A DNA stretch of 64,000 nt. Source: Marsupella aquatica. Lineage: Eukaryota; Plantae; Marchantiophyta. The stretch lies in assembly GCA_973895155.1 (NCBI GenBank), contig OZ316894.1, positions 26,583,240-26,647,239 of the forward strand, in the 5' to 3' direction. The notes under the pieces are model-generated. The model was not told the DNA's origin. It saw only the letters and a list, made by a program, of their open reading frames with translations, and ran no database searches. A program made the translations under genes and the position numbers. This document shows, in pieces, positions 25,476 through 38,329 of the stretch; position 1 is the first letter of the stretch, and each line of letters starts with the position of its first letter.

Positions 25476-26290
25476 TCTAATTGCAGCTCTTGTCTTTTCT
25501 TTTGGCCCTCCCTGTCGAAAATTTGACCTCTTCTCCCATGGCAACTCAGCCTTCTCCTTTTCACTGTCCTTTCATCAGGCAATCCTTTGTTTCACATGAT
25601 AGTCGTCAGCAACACATGGGTGTTGATCTTCCATGCCCGTTGCACACCACTACCTCCTCAATTTTGTTTGAACTTTCATTGCCATTCGTGCATCTTACAC
25701 CTTACCCTCACTCCCCTGCCCTTATTCCCTTCTGCAGTAATTATCTTTGACAATGAGAATCTTTGCCAATGACAACCCATTTGCAAGAGTAATCTCCGCT
25801 CTATTTTCATAATGAGAATCCAGCCAATCCAGCTGCATGATTAACATCACTTCCACATAGACAACTTGCAAACGCTTTCACAATGACAAATCAACAAGTC
25901 TTAGGCAATGACAATCTGGTCACAACCAGCAACAACACTTTCACAAGTACACCTTGACCACAATGACAACAACTTTTGCAATGCCAATCCGATCGCAATG
26001 ACAACACTTCCACAATGAAAACTTGGCAGCAATAGTTCCACTATAACAACCTGGCCGCAACAGCAGCACTTCCACAAAAATAACCTGGTTGCAATGAAAA
26101 CACTTCTGCAATAACAGCTGGCTACAGACTTCCACAATGACAACCCAACAACATCAACACTTCTGCAACAATACCCGACTGCAACAATAACATTTCTGCA
26201 ATGACAACTTGGCCACAACATATTCTCAAGATAACCTGCTGCATCAACAACACTTCTGCAATAAATGAGACAACACAAGCATTGGGCTAG
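25476..26290 (+). mobile_element. Probable non-autonomous Helitron with internal degenerate minisatellite
   Basis: The 3' end ...caacacaagcattgggCTAG|T resembles a decayed Helitron hairpin+CTAG terminus. Internal repeats of (cacttcc/tg)caatgacaac span 25780-26265. The 5' A|TC start is tentative. Confidence 0.45.
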
Positions 26291-27879
26291 TATGGATAAA
26301 ATTCATTCCAGTTTGGTAATCAACTTTGAGTGTAGGAATGGATAATAACACTCATATAATTGGCTAGATTGGCTATGAACTTGCGAGTTGTTATCTAACT
26401 CTAATGATTGCAATTAAGGGAGGACTCAAAGTCAACAGTGAGATTAAGTAGGCTCTCAAAGGTGAGGTTAGGGAGGTGTTGTCTTTTGCCTGCTTCGTCT
26501 AAATTGGGTCAAGGAAAAAACCATAGTTATTTGGTGCTCAAGGCATGGGATAGGTGCTAGTAAACTTCGTATGATGAGGTCTAATGTGTTACATCGATGT
26601 GTCCTTTGTGAACTGTTGGTCATGCAGGGTGATAGCCCCCATGAATTATGCAATCATGCAGGGTGATAGCCCCATGAATTATGCAACACCTTTGCACGAG
26701 CTATAAATATGACTTCAGTTTCCGACTTGAACATCTAGAGTTGGCTGCAGTTCACAGGCGTTGGTGAAGACACTGCTTCTTTTTGGGCCAGTCATGATTA
26801 CTGTTGCTTGGCAGAATGCAATTCAGCATCCTACGCTTGGCTTAGGCGAGTGCTGTGGGTTTCTACAAACAATGGGGAACTAAACTTACGGGCATTCAGC
26901 AAACTTTGAATCTTTTTGTCTAACTCAGAATGCTGTGCAACTCTTTTTCAAGGATTTATGTGGAATTCCAAAATGGTGTTAGACTCCCGAACTACATGCC
27001 ATTTACGTCAAATTTGCTCCGACTAATTATGATGTGCCTCTGCGTAAGATAGACTTGAACAACTAAGCTGGACAGAGTTCATACATCCTGGTGAGGACTC
27101 TGCTACTTTTGTGCCAGTAGACAGTCAGTCTACTGGCACAGTCCTCACTAAGATATAATTTTATTATTGTGGGGGTCATGTATTAAGGCATTAAATCTTT
27201 GGCTTGGCTGATTGATTTGAGCTTCCAAAGAAAACGGGGTACCTAAACTGCTAGAAGTAGGGATCCACAGTACTCAGACAAAACTGATAGTTCCGACCAT
27301 CGTGTCTAGCTCGGATGAATACATTTTCGAGACCAAACATCTACTCCCAGTTTACCACCTGGCACCCTTACATATGCTAGAAATCTCTCTGGAGTGCCCA
27401 ACAAGATCCCGTCTCGCAAACATATTTTCGACGCCACACATTTACTCCAAGTTAGCCATCCGGCACCTTTACATGAGCTAGAAATCGAACCTGAACGTTT
27501 ACGGTTGGCCATAGTTCGTAGCTTTTGATGGAAATTGTGCTAGTTTTGGGCCAGACAGGATTATTGTTATTTTGAGTTGTGCGTTGAAGCACTGTACGAT
27601 TGGAGTCGCCAACTGATCTGGATGTGTATGAAACAATATGTACCTAGACCGGATTCAGGATAATTAATAACCTCTATCTTCGGGCCTCTCACTCGAACGA
27701 GTCTCTTGTATATAAGAATTCATGTAGATTGCAAGATTGAATGGATGGGCCTGGCGACTACTATTTACAGCTTCTTGTAAAGCTTGAGAGCTCCAAACAA
27801 TATGCCATCTCGCAGATTTGATTGCAGGCTAATAATCTGGCATAAGCCTTCATTGCAACAACATCAAGTGTTTCTTCTC

Positions 27880-30800
27880 TTACTGTGCATCTTCATCAAG
27901 ATCCTCATCCTTGTCCGCAGCATCAGATTCAACATCTTGGCCCAGATCACCACCACTTTTCCCTTTTTCTTCGGAGCTGTCAAAGACATCCTGTTTATCG
28001 TCCTGTAGCTCATCTCCGTCATCTGCTGGATCGCCTTCATCTGATTCCCCATCGCCATCCCCGTCTTCTTTGACAGTGGTAACCATGTTTACATTGTCGT
28101 CCAGCTCCCGAGGATCGTCCAACTCCCACTCACTTTTCTTCAAGGCATCATTCTCGCATTCTTCGCTGCTATCATCTCCTTCAGGCACTTTGGAGTACTG
28201 CAGCGATGCCTTCTTTGATGTGGCCTTTTGAGTGACGAGATGATTTGGGTCTTTCTCTTTTCTCAGCTTCCTCATCCTTTTGATGATATTCTGGTTCCGA
28301 TGTGCACCACGAGAGCCACGTCCTCGTGCGCGCCCCGTGGCATTACCACGAGGTCTACCACGAGTCCCTCCTTGACCTCTTCCCCCAGTCTTCGCTTGAC
28401 GCACATCCTTGGTTACCACTGCCGAAATTTCTTCCTGGTGCTTGCGCTTTGAACTTTTCTTTACAATACTAGGAGTACCATTTTTTATCAGATTCGTATC
28501 ACTTCTGCGTAAACCTTTCCCCCTGCCCCTTCCCCGCCCTCTTCCTCTTCCCCTTCCACCGATTGGATCTCCAATTACTTCACCATCGTCTTCAATTCCA
28601 GGATTATCAGAAATAGCCAAATCATGCATTGTATGTGAGACAGAACCACTAATGCTACTCCGCAAAACATTGTGTTCGTCCTCTTCCACTTGCCTTTGGC
28701 TCCTCTTTTGATCTGAACGGAATGCAAGAGCAGCATCAAATACCATCATTCGAAGACCCACTGCAGCAGAAGTACGGGGCACCCACAGAGGAAACCCAGC
28801 ATCCACTGCAAGACGAGAGCTCTTGCAAGCATCTAACGACTCTTCAGAAGTATCATTTAAGGAAGGTAGCCAGTCGGGGTCCATTCTGCTTTCAAGTTCT
28901 GCAAGTGCCTGAAGTAGCTCAGCAGGTGTACGTGCACATTTCACGGATGATGCCCAAAGTTTCCGGTCCTGCGGATCCCAGAGTTCTTTCCAAGCCTCTA
29001 AAGGAACACCCACCTCTGTGGATATGATGTTACACTTCAAAACTTGAAGCCGGGGTTGCACAAAAATTGAAGATCCACAAGGTAGCCACGCTGGTCCTTT
29101 CTTCGCAGTCCTCCCTTCACAATCCCTAGCATGAACATCCTGCTTACTTTGAATCTTACCTTGTGTCTGATGGCATGGTTGACAGTGCTTGTCAGCTGCC
29201 CAGTAAAGACCGTGGCACTTCGTACAAACTACTAGCACGTCGCAATCTCTCTTCCTGACAGTTTTTGAGGCTCTCATTGATGAACGAAGGGTCAAATTTT
29301 CGCTCCAAAACCATCGCTCAAAGTCTTTGACACGTTCAAAAGCACTTTGCTGTTCAAAATCAGATTTTTCAAGATCAACACTTGCGCCAGCTGTCGCTGG
29401 GGATTGAAGTCCTTGCCCTGTGTTTGAATTACTATCCGCTCCTGTGTTGCATAACAGTGGAGAAGTTCCAGCTCCTTGAACAATATCCGATACTATTCCA
29501 GCTTCCGATATATCTGACTTCCCATAACCCTGAGATGAGGATCTAGATGCTTCAATGGTTCTCATTCCCCGTCGTAGCGACCCATCCAATCTTCCCAGAA
29601 CAGAATGGAGTGCAGCCTCCCTGGTACCTCTAACATCAAGAGACATCAACAGTGTATCTAAAGCCTCTTCTGTGTCAATTATCTCCCAGTGACCATCCAA
29701 AACAGATTCAAAAAAGATCCGACCTTGGCTGGGATCTTGTTCACCACCACAAGAAACAAACTGCCAGTACCGATTCCGTCTTCTATCCAATCCCAAAGGA
29801 AGAGATCTAACCATGTACAGTTCTTCAGCTAAGATCCCAACGTCCGGCTTCACTTGAGGGCGGGGCCTCTCTGTCAAAGAGCATGGAGCTTGAGCAGCTT
29901 CTCGAGTAATAAGTCCCTCTTGCGAGAGAGTATCCTTCTCATGTATCGTGAGGTTCTTTTCCTGTGATGTAAGGTTTGATTCACCCGTTGCTGGGCCCTC
30001 AGCAACGATTGCTGATTCAAATAGCACTGCATTCAATTCAAAAGCAGTTCCATTTTGTATTCCAGTTACATGCTCATCTGATTTGTTATCCACTGTACTA
30101 ATTTGAGTAGAAGCCGCATCTGCTCCAAAGGACTGGCCACCATCTTCATTCTTGGCAGTGACTAAGGATCCAGGTTGAACTCGTGATAGTTGCTCTTCCT
30201 TGTGGCGACGTCGATCAATTTGTGTTTCTGCCCATATTTGTCTCTTCATTGTACCAGAAGCTTCCATGCGTGCCTCCAGGGCTAGACGAATGGCATTGCC
30301 TTCATTTACCACGTTTACTAATGCCACTAGAGCCATCAAGCGCTCCTCAATGCTCAGATCTGAGTACTCTCCTTCCAGAAGTCCCTGGACCCAGGGCTCT
30401 CCGACTTGGCTCTCATCCACCTCCACCTCCTCGTCTATCAAGTTATTGACACTCATCAATTCTGCTTGGATTTCATCTTTTGCATCAGAATCCTTACTGA
30501 TCGATGTGCGAACATCTGCATCCTCAACATCCTGTCCGTCAGAATCATAGTCTTCATCCCTTTCCATTTCCTCAGTCTCATCAGCCTCTTTGTCAGCCTC
30601 TTCTCCATCCAGAATTCCACTTTGAAATAAGTCTATCCTCTCTCTCGCAGATTGCAGTACCTCCTCTGCATCCTCTGCATCCTTTCTAAAAGCAGGCCGT
30701 ACACAATATGTCGAGGGAGCCACACGCTCAAACAACTTTGTATCACGTGACAGTGCTGCTGCGATGGATGCTTCAGGAGTTTTGCTTGTTGTTAAATCTC

Positions 30801-33273
30801 TCAGTCCTGATTTTTGAATCTTTTCTGCAACCTCTAAAATTGTGAGACCCTTGTTTCCTTCAAGAGAAAGAACATGGAAGGCAGCATATTTAACGGTACC
30901 AGGTGTTAAGCGATGTCGGCATCTCCTTAGGTGCCCAACACCTTTGCCTTGCATCAATGCCGCGGCATTAGCTGCAGCAACCCCCGAACGCAAAACAGTC
31001 ACAGCACTTTCCTCCTCGACATGCTGCTCAGTCTCTACTGCAAGCCCCACTTCATTGCTGCATTTCCTCCACTTCGGCCCATACCCTGCAGCCAGGGCAA
31101 ACTGCCTCAAAATATCTGGCCAGGTTAGAGGACTCGCATATTTGCCCCATTCTTGGATGTCAAATCCCCATTCATAGGCTGCTTCTAGAATTTGCGGATG
31201 CCCACCAGAGATGAGATTGATGGCATTTTGGCCGCCACCAGCCCCACTAGCTGCAGCTTGGGCAGCATCCTCAATATCCTTCACAACCATCTTTATCAAA
31301 CAGAGATGGATCTCACCAATCAGCCTTGGATCAAAGTCAGACAGAGCCTGCCCAAACTCATCGAGCGTGCAGGGCCACAACCCTATCACATCTGCAAATG
31401 TTGTCAAGAATCTCCACACCATAAAGAAATGTCCAGCAATGTGGTCGAGTCCATTCCATGCGCAAAAAGATAAAGCGGGCTTCATTCGAACTGAGGGTGG
31501 AGGAAACTTCCTTAAAACCAAATTCGAGCTTTCATGTTCTACATAACCAATCTCCAGCCCATTTTGGTCCAAGCCATGAGAAGTTGAAGCCTCCAGAAGC
31601 TCCAACTGTTCATCCTCAATTGTATCCATCCACTCCTTTGACAACTTTTTTGCTGCCGCTCTTTCAGTAGCTGCCTTCAACCTCGCAGCCTCTTTAGCCT
31701 TCCGCAATTCCTCTCTTCGGTGTTGTTTTTCCATCTTTTTGTTCTCCTTCAATGCTACTTTCTCTTGGCGCTCAATTTCTCTCTTCTGCTCACGTTCTAT
31801 TCGCTCCACTTCTCGCTGTCTTTCTCGTTCAGCTCTCTCGTCTTCTTTCCTTTTATCTCGGTCCTGCTTTTCCAGTTCTCTACGCACTTGTTCTTCTTTC
31901 TTCTGTCTTAGAACTTCCTGTCGCTCAAGATCTCTCCTCATCCGTTTCGCATAGGCCTCTGATTCTTTAGCCAATTTCAACTCCTCCCTCTTGCGCTTCT
32001 TCTCCATACGAGCTTGCTCCTGCTCTTGGAAAAGAGCTAGACTTTCAAAGCCTACAGAAAGCTGGTTGGCCCCAAACCCTTGCACTGTAGATTGAGGAAT
32101 AGCCCCTTGCGCTTCTACTGGAAAGCTACCATAATTTCCCCGCCAGTATGCTTCATCTAATCCAAATCCATTTGCAAGCAAACCACTAGCCTTGCTTTCC
32201 CCTGGTGGCAACAGGCTAATCCCAAAATTATCAACTCTTTCCTGTTGGAAGCCATACCCATTCCCAGAAGTTGAATGCATATTGACAGGTAGAAAAGATC
32301 CCAAATGAGAAAGAGAACGAACCGTGGAAGCTGGAACCATATCATATGACCTTTCGGAATGTTGGTGAAGGTTCAACTGGGTATGTCTATGATCATCTTC
32401 TGTTGTCATAGGCTGCTCAGGAAAAAACTGAACTTCTTCGGATGCTCTCGCCAAATGCTGCGTCCTGACATTTAGCTCTCCTAAGGGGAAACCTCCCTTG
32501 CGCTTCACTGCTGTAGCTGGCAACGGAGGGAGCCCAAATTCTCCGATCTTAGTTGGATGAGTCTCCTGACGTTCTTCAACTCGACGCTCGTCCACTCGAT
32601 TTTCGTTCAGTGCTTGATGTCCAGTGGGTAGTCTCCGCTCGGACTTTCCATCAACAGATGACCCAAAAGCACCAAAAGGCAGAGAATCAAAATCCACGCT
32701 AAGCTCAGGTCCATCATCCCGCAATAGTTCGCCCATGCGGGATCTCACGACAGCTACCGCAATGGTTTCAGCAACTGTTCGCGGGTTACGTACTTTCCCG
32801 AAAAGCTTCTCACTCTCTTTCCGAGGGACAAAGGTTGCTTCAAGCCCATCGGTATCCCTACGATGAGTCCTCGCTGAACGCGACATCCATCCGTGATCGT
32901 CTTCAAAATCGTCGTAATAATCGTCATCAGGAGGAACCCGTACACCAGCATGTACACCTTCAGGCTCCAAAACGGCCTTCTGACGACCATCGAAATTGTG
33001 GCCCGATCGATCCGTTTTCTGCTTCTTGCGGCCAGCCAGAGCTTCACCCTCTTTGCCCTTCTTTTCTTTCAACCTTCTATGACAAAACCACATTTGAAGC
33101 TGCTGGTCCGAAAGGTTTAGATGAACTGACAGCTCGGCCCGAACGGCCTCGGTAGGGTACCGATCCTCTGCGTACACTCTTTCCAAGGCTTCGAGCTGGA
33201 ATGGAGTCTTCATTCGCCTCTTAGGGTTTCTCTCTTCCGGCGAAGAATTTCTCGAGCCACCGTCCGAATCCAT
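27880..33273 (-). CDS. RLT: Homeobox-DDT domain protein, RINGLET (RLT1/RLT2)-like ISWI partner; single-exon CDS, 1797 aa
   Basis: Uninterrupted ORF from the ATG at 33273 (MDSDGG). It contains a homeodomain (KRRMKTPFQLEALE...LQMWFCHRRLK), coiled coil, DDT (FMVWRFLTTFADVIGLWPCTLDEF), HARE-HTH (LTPGTVKYAAFHVLSLEG...TSKTPEASIAAALSRD), WHIM1 (WVQGLLEGEYSDLSIEERL) and WSD (PLGLDRRRNRYW), followed by an RG-rich and acidic tail. Confidence 0.95.
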   Translation of the reverse strand: MDSDGGSRNSSPEERNPKRRMKTPFQLEALERVYAEDRYPTEAVRAELSVHLNLSDQQLQMWFCHRRLKEKKGKEGEALAGRKKQKTDRSGHNFDGRQKAVLEPEGVHAGVRVPPDDDYYDDFEDDHGWMSRSARTHRRDTDGLEATFVPRKESEKLFGKVRNPRTVAETIAVAVVRSRMGELLRDDGPELSVDFDSLPFGAFGSSVDGKSERRLPTGHQALNENRVDERRVEERQETHPTKIGEFGLPPLPATAVKRKGGFPLGELNVRTQHLARASEEVQFFPEQPMTTEDDHRHTQLNLHQHSERSYDMVPASTVRSLSHLGSFLPVNMHSTSGNGYGFQQERVDNFGISLLPPGESKASGLLANGFGLDEAYWRGNYGSFPVEAQGAIPQSTVQGFGANQLSVGFESLALFQEQEQARMEKKRKREELKLAKESEAYAKRMRRDLERQEVLRQKKEEQVRRELEKQDRDKRKEDERAERERQREVERIEREQKREIERQEKVALKENKKMEKQHRREELRKAKEAARLKAATERAAAKKLSKEWMDTIEDEQLELLEASTSHGLDQNGLEIGYVEHESSNLVLRKFPPPSVRMKPALSFCAWNGLDHIAGHFFMVWRFLTTFADVIGLWPCTLDEFGQALSDFDPRLIGEIHLCLIKMVVKDIEDAAQAAASGAGGGQNAINLISGGHPQILEAAYEWGFDIQEWGKYASPLTWPDILRQFALAAGYGPKWRKCSNEVGLAVETEQHVEEESAVTVLRSGVAAANAAALMQGKGVGHLRRCRHRLTPGTVKYAAFHVLSLEGNKGLTILEVAEKIQKSGLRDLTTSKTPEASIAAALSRDTKLFERVAPSTYCVRPAFRKDAEDAEEVLQSARERIDLFQSGILDGEEADKEADETEEMERDEDYDSDGQDVEDADVRTSISKDSDAKDEIQAELMSVNNLIDEEVEVDESQVGEPWVQGLLEGEYSDLSIEERLMALVALVNVVNEGNAIRLALEARMEASGTMKRQIWAETQIDRRRHKEEQLSRVQPGSLVTAKNEDGGQSFGADAASTQISTVDNKSDEHVTGIQNGTAFELNAVLFESAIVAEGPATGESNLTSQEKNLTIHEKDTLSQEGLITREAAQAPCSLTERPRPQVKPDVGILAEELYMVRSLPLGLDRRRNRYWQFVSCGGEQDPSQGRIFFESVLDGHWEIIDTEEALDTLLMSLDVRGTREAALHSVLGRLDGSLRRGMRTIEASRSSSQGYGKSDISEAGIVSDIVQGAGTSPLLCNTGADSNSNTGQGLQSPATAGASVDLEKSDFEQQSAFERVKDFERWFWSENLTLRSSMRASKTVRKRDCDVLVVCTKCHGLYWAADKHCQPCHQTQGKIQSKQDVHARDCEGRTAKKGPAWLPCGSSIFVQPRLQVLKCNIISTEVGVPLEAWKELWDPQDRKLWASSVKCARTPAELLQALAELESRMDPDWLPSLNDTSEESLDACKSSRLAVDAGFPLWVPRTSAAVGLRMMVFDAALAFRSDQKRSQRQVEEDEHNVLRSSISGSVSHTMHDLAISDNPGIEDDGEVIGDPIGGRGRGRGRGRGRGKGLRRSDTNLIKNGTPSIVKKSSKRKHQEEISAVVTKDVRQAKTGGRGQGGTRGRPRGNATGRARGRGSRGAHRNQNIIKRMRKLRKEKDPNHLVTQKATSKKASLQYSKVPEGDDSSEECENDALKKSEWELDDPRELDDNVNMVTTVKEDGDGDGESDEGDPADDGDELQDDKQDVFDSSEEKGKSGGDLGQDVESDAADKDEDLDEDAQ

Positions 33274-35469
33274 AGTCGCAAAGTGGGCGTCAAACTTGAA
33301 GCATGACAATAATGCGCACACCGACAGCTTCAGTGAGATTTCGATCAGAACAATTGCCGTTCGACAGCCAGTACGGCTGGCTCAAGGGAAGGTTGCCCAC
33401 GGCATCATAGACAGAATGATAACGAGATTAAACTAGACCACCTCCTTCTCCTGCAGTTTTCTTAAATACCATCGTCCTCAAACAGGCGACCAACCCTGTA
33501 AAACCACGGAATGCCACGTGAGCGCAACCACTATTTGCTCCGAAAACAATCGACCTACGGACTCCGCCTTCTAACATCCAATCCATCTCTCCTCTCAAGC
33601 TTGGCCTAAAGACTCCCATTGACTTCTTCCATTGCCCGTCATCTGATCCTCCCTTCATTCACTCACTCACTTCTTCTTTTCGTCCATCGAACAGGAGGAC
33701 CCACGAAGCAAACAAAGGATGGAGAACCCAATCAACGAACCGAAGCGGAGATAAGACCACAGACTTTAGAACGTGGCGACAAGATTACCGAATCCAGGCA
33801 GTTTGCTCTGCGCCGGTTGCGGCATTGGATCGAAGAGCACTAGAAGGGAACAATCACGGCGATTCCAGCATTGTAATCGTGATTGCGAGGCTACGACAAA
33901 AAGGCACGGAGTATTAATATGACATAGCAGAGTTGAAGCGAGGGGAGAAAAGAATTGCCACGCGGCCGAGGCGAGAAAAGAAAGGGCTTGGTTTCCGGGC
34001 CCCTCTCCCCCAAGAAAGAGGGGTCCACTCCCCAAAAGCATAATTATGCGCGATACCAACTACTGTACGCCGTAGCATCCAAGATTCGAGCACTGGACCT
34101 CATTTCATTACAAACTAATTGTTTGGTGTTGAATGCACGTTTTAGTAATACGTAAATGTAGAATTATAAGTTCGAATGGGATCACGAATGAAACGTACGG
34201 ACTCGGATGCGGACTGTAAAGCCTTGCAGCAGGGCGACGGAAGTTAAGTCTCTTCTCTCTACTGGTCGGGATTGCTGCTCGACTCAGCATTTCCTTCATA
34301 CTCGGGAGCGATGGCGAGCGATCTGCTCTCCGCAGCCCCCGCACCGTAATCTATGCAAACCCAAAAGAGCTAATCACCTTCCCGTGATGCTTATGGCCTC
34401 GCAAAAGTGGGCATGAAAAACTGGTGAGCTCCTCACGTCCTGCAGGTTTTCTGTCAATTTCTGCTGGAAATCTCTCACGAGTGCGAGGCTGACTCCATAT
34501 AGATGCTATGAACAGGGAGCGCAGACATTGCGGGAGTTTGCGAAAGTGATGTGGGCGTCCAATCTCATTCTTTCGCGTCTAGCTCGGACATTGAATCTGG
34601 AATGAACAAATGCACTGTTTCGACTGCAATTCCGAGGATTGTACTGTGCTCGTTGAGTAGTGAAAATTAGAATTCGGTGCTCTTCTCTAGCACGGTCTCA
34701 ATTCCTTCTCTCGATTCTCCTCTCGACTACTTAGGAGTTTATTTCTACAGCAACTGCACTTCGACAGATAGTAGTAAGCTGCTGCGTAGAGGCAAATCGA
34801 CTGCATCCATTGACTATTTTCCAATCAGCATGACAAAATCTCTCCGAGTTGTTTGCAACTACCTCTCCGAATTGTATGCGAGTGTCTTATTGTTGCCGTA
34901 TGTGCTCCAATTCATCGAGGTGCTCTACTTGCCGACTGGAACTGTTCCTCAAATGTCAAAAAGATGCCATTCACGAGCTCTTTCTCGATTGTTTCATTTT
35001 CCAGTTTGTTTCAATCTTATATTTCGTTTCAAATGATTGGCTCATGTCGATTTTCCTTTTCTTTAAGCTCGTTTCAATTGTTTGCCAACAATTCACGAGC
35101 TGCAATAGAAAACTCTTCACATGATATCGAAGATTTCAACAGGAGCGTTCTGTCTGTCGTATTGGAATTAAAGATGTCAATCTGGGTTCTCAGCAAGGAA
35201 TGTGACTACTTGGACTAGAACGCAAAAGTCTTCTTGCGTAGCCCACGCGTTTACACTCAGATAGTTTTGGTTGAGGTGGAAGCCACCGTCATCAATCTGC
35301 CCACAAACTGAAGGGCCGCGACGCAGCTTGAGCAGATGACGACCCTGCTCCTCAGTCAAAAACGAACTTGTTACCATTGAATACATTGCTCTACGGAAAC
35401 AAGAAATGCCTCCCTGGTTCCCCTTGATCCCTGTATTCATTGACAACACTTAACTACTTCACTTTTAAT

Positions 35470-36257
35470 GGGGATGGGCAAGGGATGGTCAGGGTTTATT
35501 CAGCTTGGGGCTTGGTGGTTGGAGGAGCGCAGGAGGGTTTTTTTAGTCTTGGTAACTGGGCTGGGAGGAGTATATGTTTTTTCTTCGTCATTGATTGAAT
35601 TCCTTTCAAAGCCGGCTTTCGAGGTTGGACGCATTTGGCTGTGAAGAATGTGTGGATTGTTCTTCATGTGAGCTCATCCTGGAGGGACATATTCTCGATC
35701 TCCGGGTTGGGCAGGGAGGGTTTATGTTGTAAAGTCTTTGTTTTTGGAACAAAGGGTTGCCTTCGCAAGTGGGACAAAAACCCTCCAATTAACAAAATCA
35801 TGATCATGGCCCTTGGTGCCTTTTCTAAAACTAAAAATTAGAAACAGTTTGCTGGCAGACAGTAGACTGGTGGAGTGTAGTGTACGGAGTGGTGGGAGTC
35901 AGGGTCCTGTCCTTCCTTCTGAGATTGGCTCCCTCATTTTGCTGGCTGACCTTTCCAGACAGTTGGCTGCTCCTTCTGCATTCAGGCGGTGAGTTTTAAA
36001 CTAGGATTGGGCCTGGACCATGGTCTTGAGCTATAGATGAGGCCCTCTCTGGTGCGGTGCCTCTTAGACTGAGGATTTGCTTTTGCTGGTTCTGTGCTTC
36101 GTTCAGATGGGCTCCTGTTGTGGGATGGCTACCTGACCTCTGGCTTCTGACTCTGTTTCTTGGGTTTTTTAGCCTGTTTCTGGGGCTTCTATTATGCTGA
36201 CGGCCTTACTGGGTCCAGGACCCGAGTGTCGTGTACCCAGAAAAACAAAAACAGAAA
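35470..36257 (+). mobile_element. Possible decayed LINE (L1-like) 3' remnant with A-rich tail
   Basis: A G/T-rich tract ends gggtccaggacccgagtgtcgtgtaccc followed by AGAAAAACAAAAACAGAAA. No intact coding motif was read and the boundaries are approximate. Confidence 0.3.
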
Positions 36258-38329
36258 TTTAACGCAATCAAAGTCAAGTCTTGTTCAATCAGTAATAAGC
36301 CCATCCTGAAGAGAATGTTGTTGAAATCTGTCCAAAAATGTTCTCAGTCTTGTTGCTTAAAAAAACACAAATGGCACCCATCCAAGCCTTAGGACACTTG
36401 AGAGGACTCCCTTAATGTGTTTGGTTAGATTGCCCAACATCAAGAACTCCAACAAGCTTGGGATATATCTGATAGTTCCCATTTAAGAGGTACAAGAGTG
36501 GTAACACACTGGCAGGTATGCCTTGTAACAAAGAATCGCCCGACATGATTGCCTGCCAGGGCGCACAATACGCTAGTGAATTAATGATCACAAATCGTAT
36601 TGCACAAGTGTTTTCACTCATAGTTTCACCAAGGTCTATGGCCCCTGCACCATTGTTTCTATCATCCAATTCATCCATGCCCATGACTTGGGGGCCACCC
36701 CATGTGGGTGACTTTCCCACTCTCGATCTCAAGATTACATTATCAACTTGAACCACATAACCCATGTGCCAGGCTGGTCAGTGTGAATTGGGGAGCCAGT
36801 ATGCATGTTCAATCAATTGTGCTAAAAACCATTGGCAATAGATACGAAGAAAATTGAATTGCCACATTACACAACTTGTTTCATTGATTGAAATGGGTCA
36901 ACACCCACCAACAACTTTTATCAAAGGAGGAGAACAAAGGGCAAAAGAGTGAGTCACTGGCTACAGCCCACCATAACAAAGAAGAGTTGGAGCATTGTCC
37001 ATTGAAAAGTTTCACAAGGTCAACTTTCTCTGTCGCAAAATTGATGGCAATCACATACTTTTAGACTTCCAAGCCTCACAAGGAAAGCAATTTGAACCAG
37101 TCACTATACAAACATGCCTCTACCACCTCATACATACAAAAAGGAGATTGTCGAGGAAGAGCCACGAATAGAAATTCCTCTCCATGAAGATGAGAAGAAA
37201 TTTCACATCTTCCAAAATTTGGAGAACACCCGAATGCTACATGCGTTGCAGTAAGATAGCTCCTTTCCAAATTTCTTTGTAGTGAATTTTATATCCCATT
37301 GTTTACAACTTAAAGCAATTTCAAATCTTTCAAACTCCAAAGAACAATCAATGGAATGCTTCATGCTGTGCGATCACTTTCAGCTTTCTTTTCTGTGAAT
37401 TCTCACCGTAAACAGCATAAGCCCTATGGTAATTCATTGGCTCAAGGTGTGCTCAAGTCCACCTAGAGTTTGGAATTATGTTGGGCCTAGAGACATGCAG
37501 GGCTGCTTGGCCCGGGCTATTGAAGTTTGGTGGGTGTTAGCTTGACACAAATTATTTGATAGATCCTTTTAGATAATGTTTGTTTGAATTTATGAAATTT
37601 TGTTTCTCTCCTCCAATTGAAATTTAGGAATGGTGTATAGGACGAAATCATTCCAGCAGCATCCACTTGAATCCTGATGATTTGTTTTCTTACTGTAGTC
37701 ATCTTAAACAAGCTTGCCTCACATTCCTAAAGTTGACCTAGCTAGATTATTGAATTTCCTTTGTCTACAATCATTCAGAGGCAGACTGCAACCTACATCA
37801 GGAAGACAATGCAATCTTCATTACATAACCTACAAATGTTGAGATCTTGTAGTACGAGACAGAGAGGGTGCATCTGAGTTTGCTTCTACTGCATTACTAC
37901 ATATTGTTATTGTGACATGTCTCTATTGACGCTACATTTCAACATCCTTGTTGTGCAAAACTAATTCAACTCCTCTCAGTGGTAACAAGCATGAGTTGAA
38001 CCTCTTGATAGTTTTTAACTGTGCTGCTTGGGAAGTCTAGAATGTATCTTCAGAGATAATACCTTCCAACTTCTTTTTTTAATTTGCTTTTCCTTGTATT
38101 TTATGTATTTTCCACTTAGTTGTTGTTCATGGTACAGCAACTCCATCTTTTTTGGTTTTTATTCTGAGTTCAACTTCTTTGCTTTATCCCCTATCAATAC
38201 ATAAATACTCCTATTTAAGATACAGTATTCCTTTTGTTTCAAGTTAAAATATGCTTGTACCACACTGAAGTTATACTATCTACTTTCAGCTAAAACCATC
38301 AAGTATCTGATTTGTGGTAAATTGTGTAG

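Noticed and set aside
19898-26686. Short perfect tandem duplications (39 bp at ~19898; ~34 bp at ~26620)
   Set aside because: These are ordinary slippage duplications in intergenic DNA with no evident function.
27885-33155. Many plus-strand ORFs of 60-116 aa
   Set aside because: They are antisense shadows of the RLT coding sequence with no recognisable products.
514-33273. MED25 + AGO4 + RLT as a functional chromatin/silencing gene cluster
   Set aside because: Nothing in the sequence indicates co-regulation, and adjacency of unrelated nuclear regulators is expected by chance. Synteny data would be needed.
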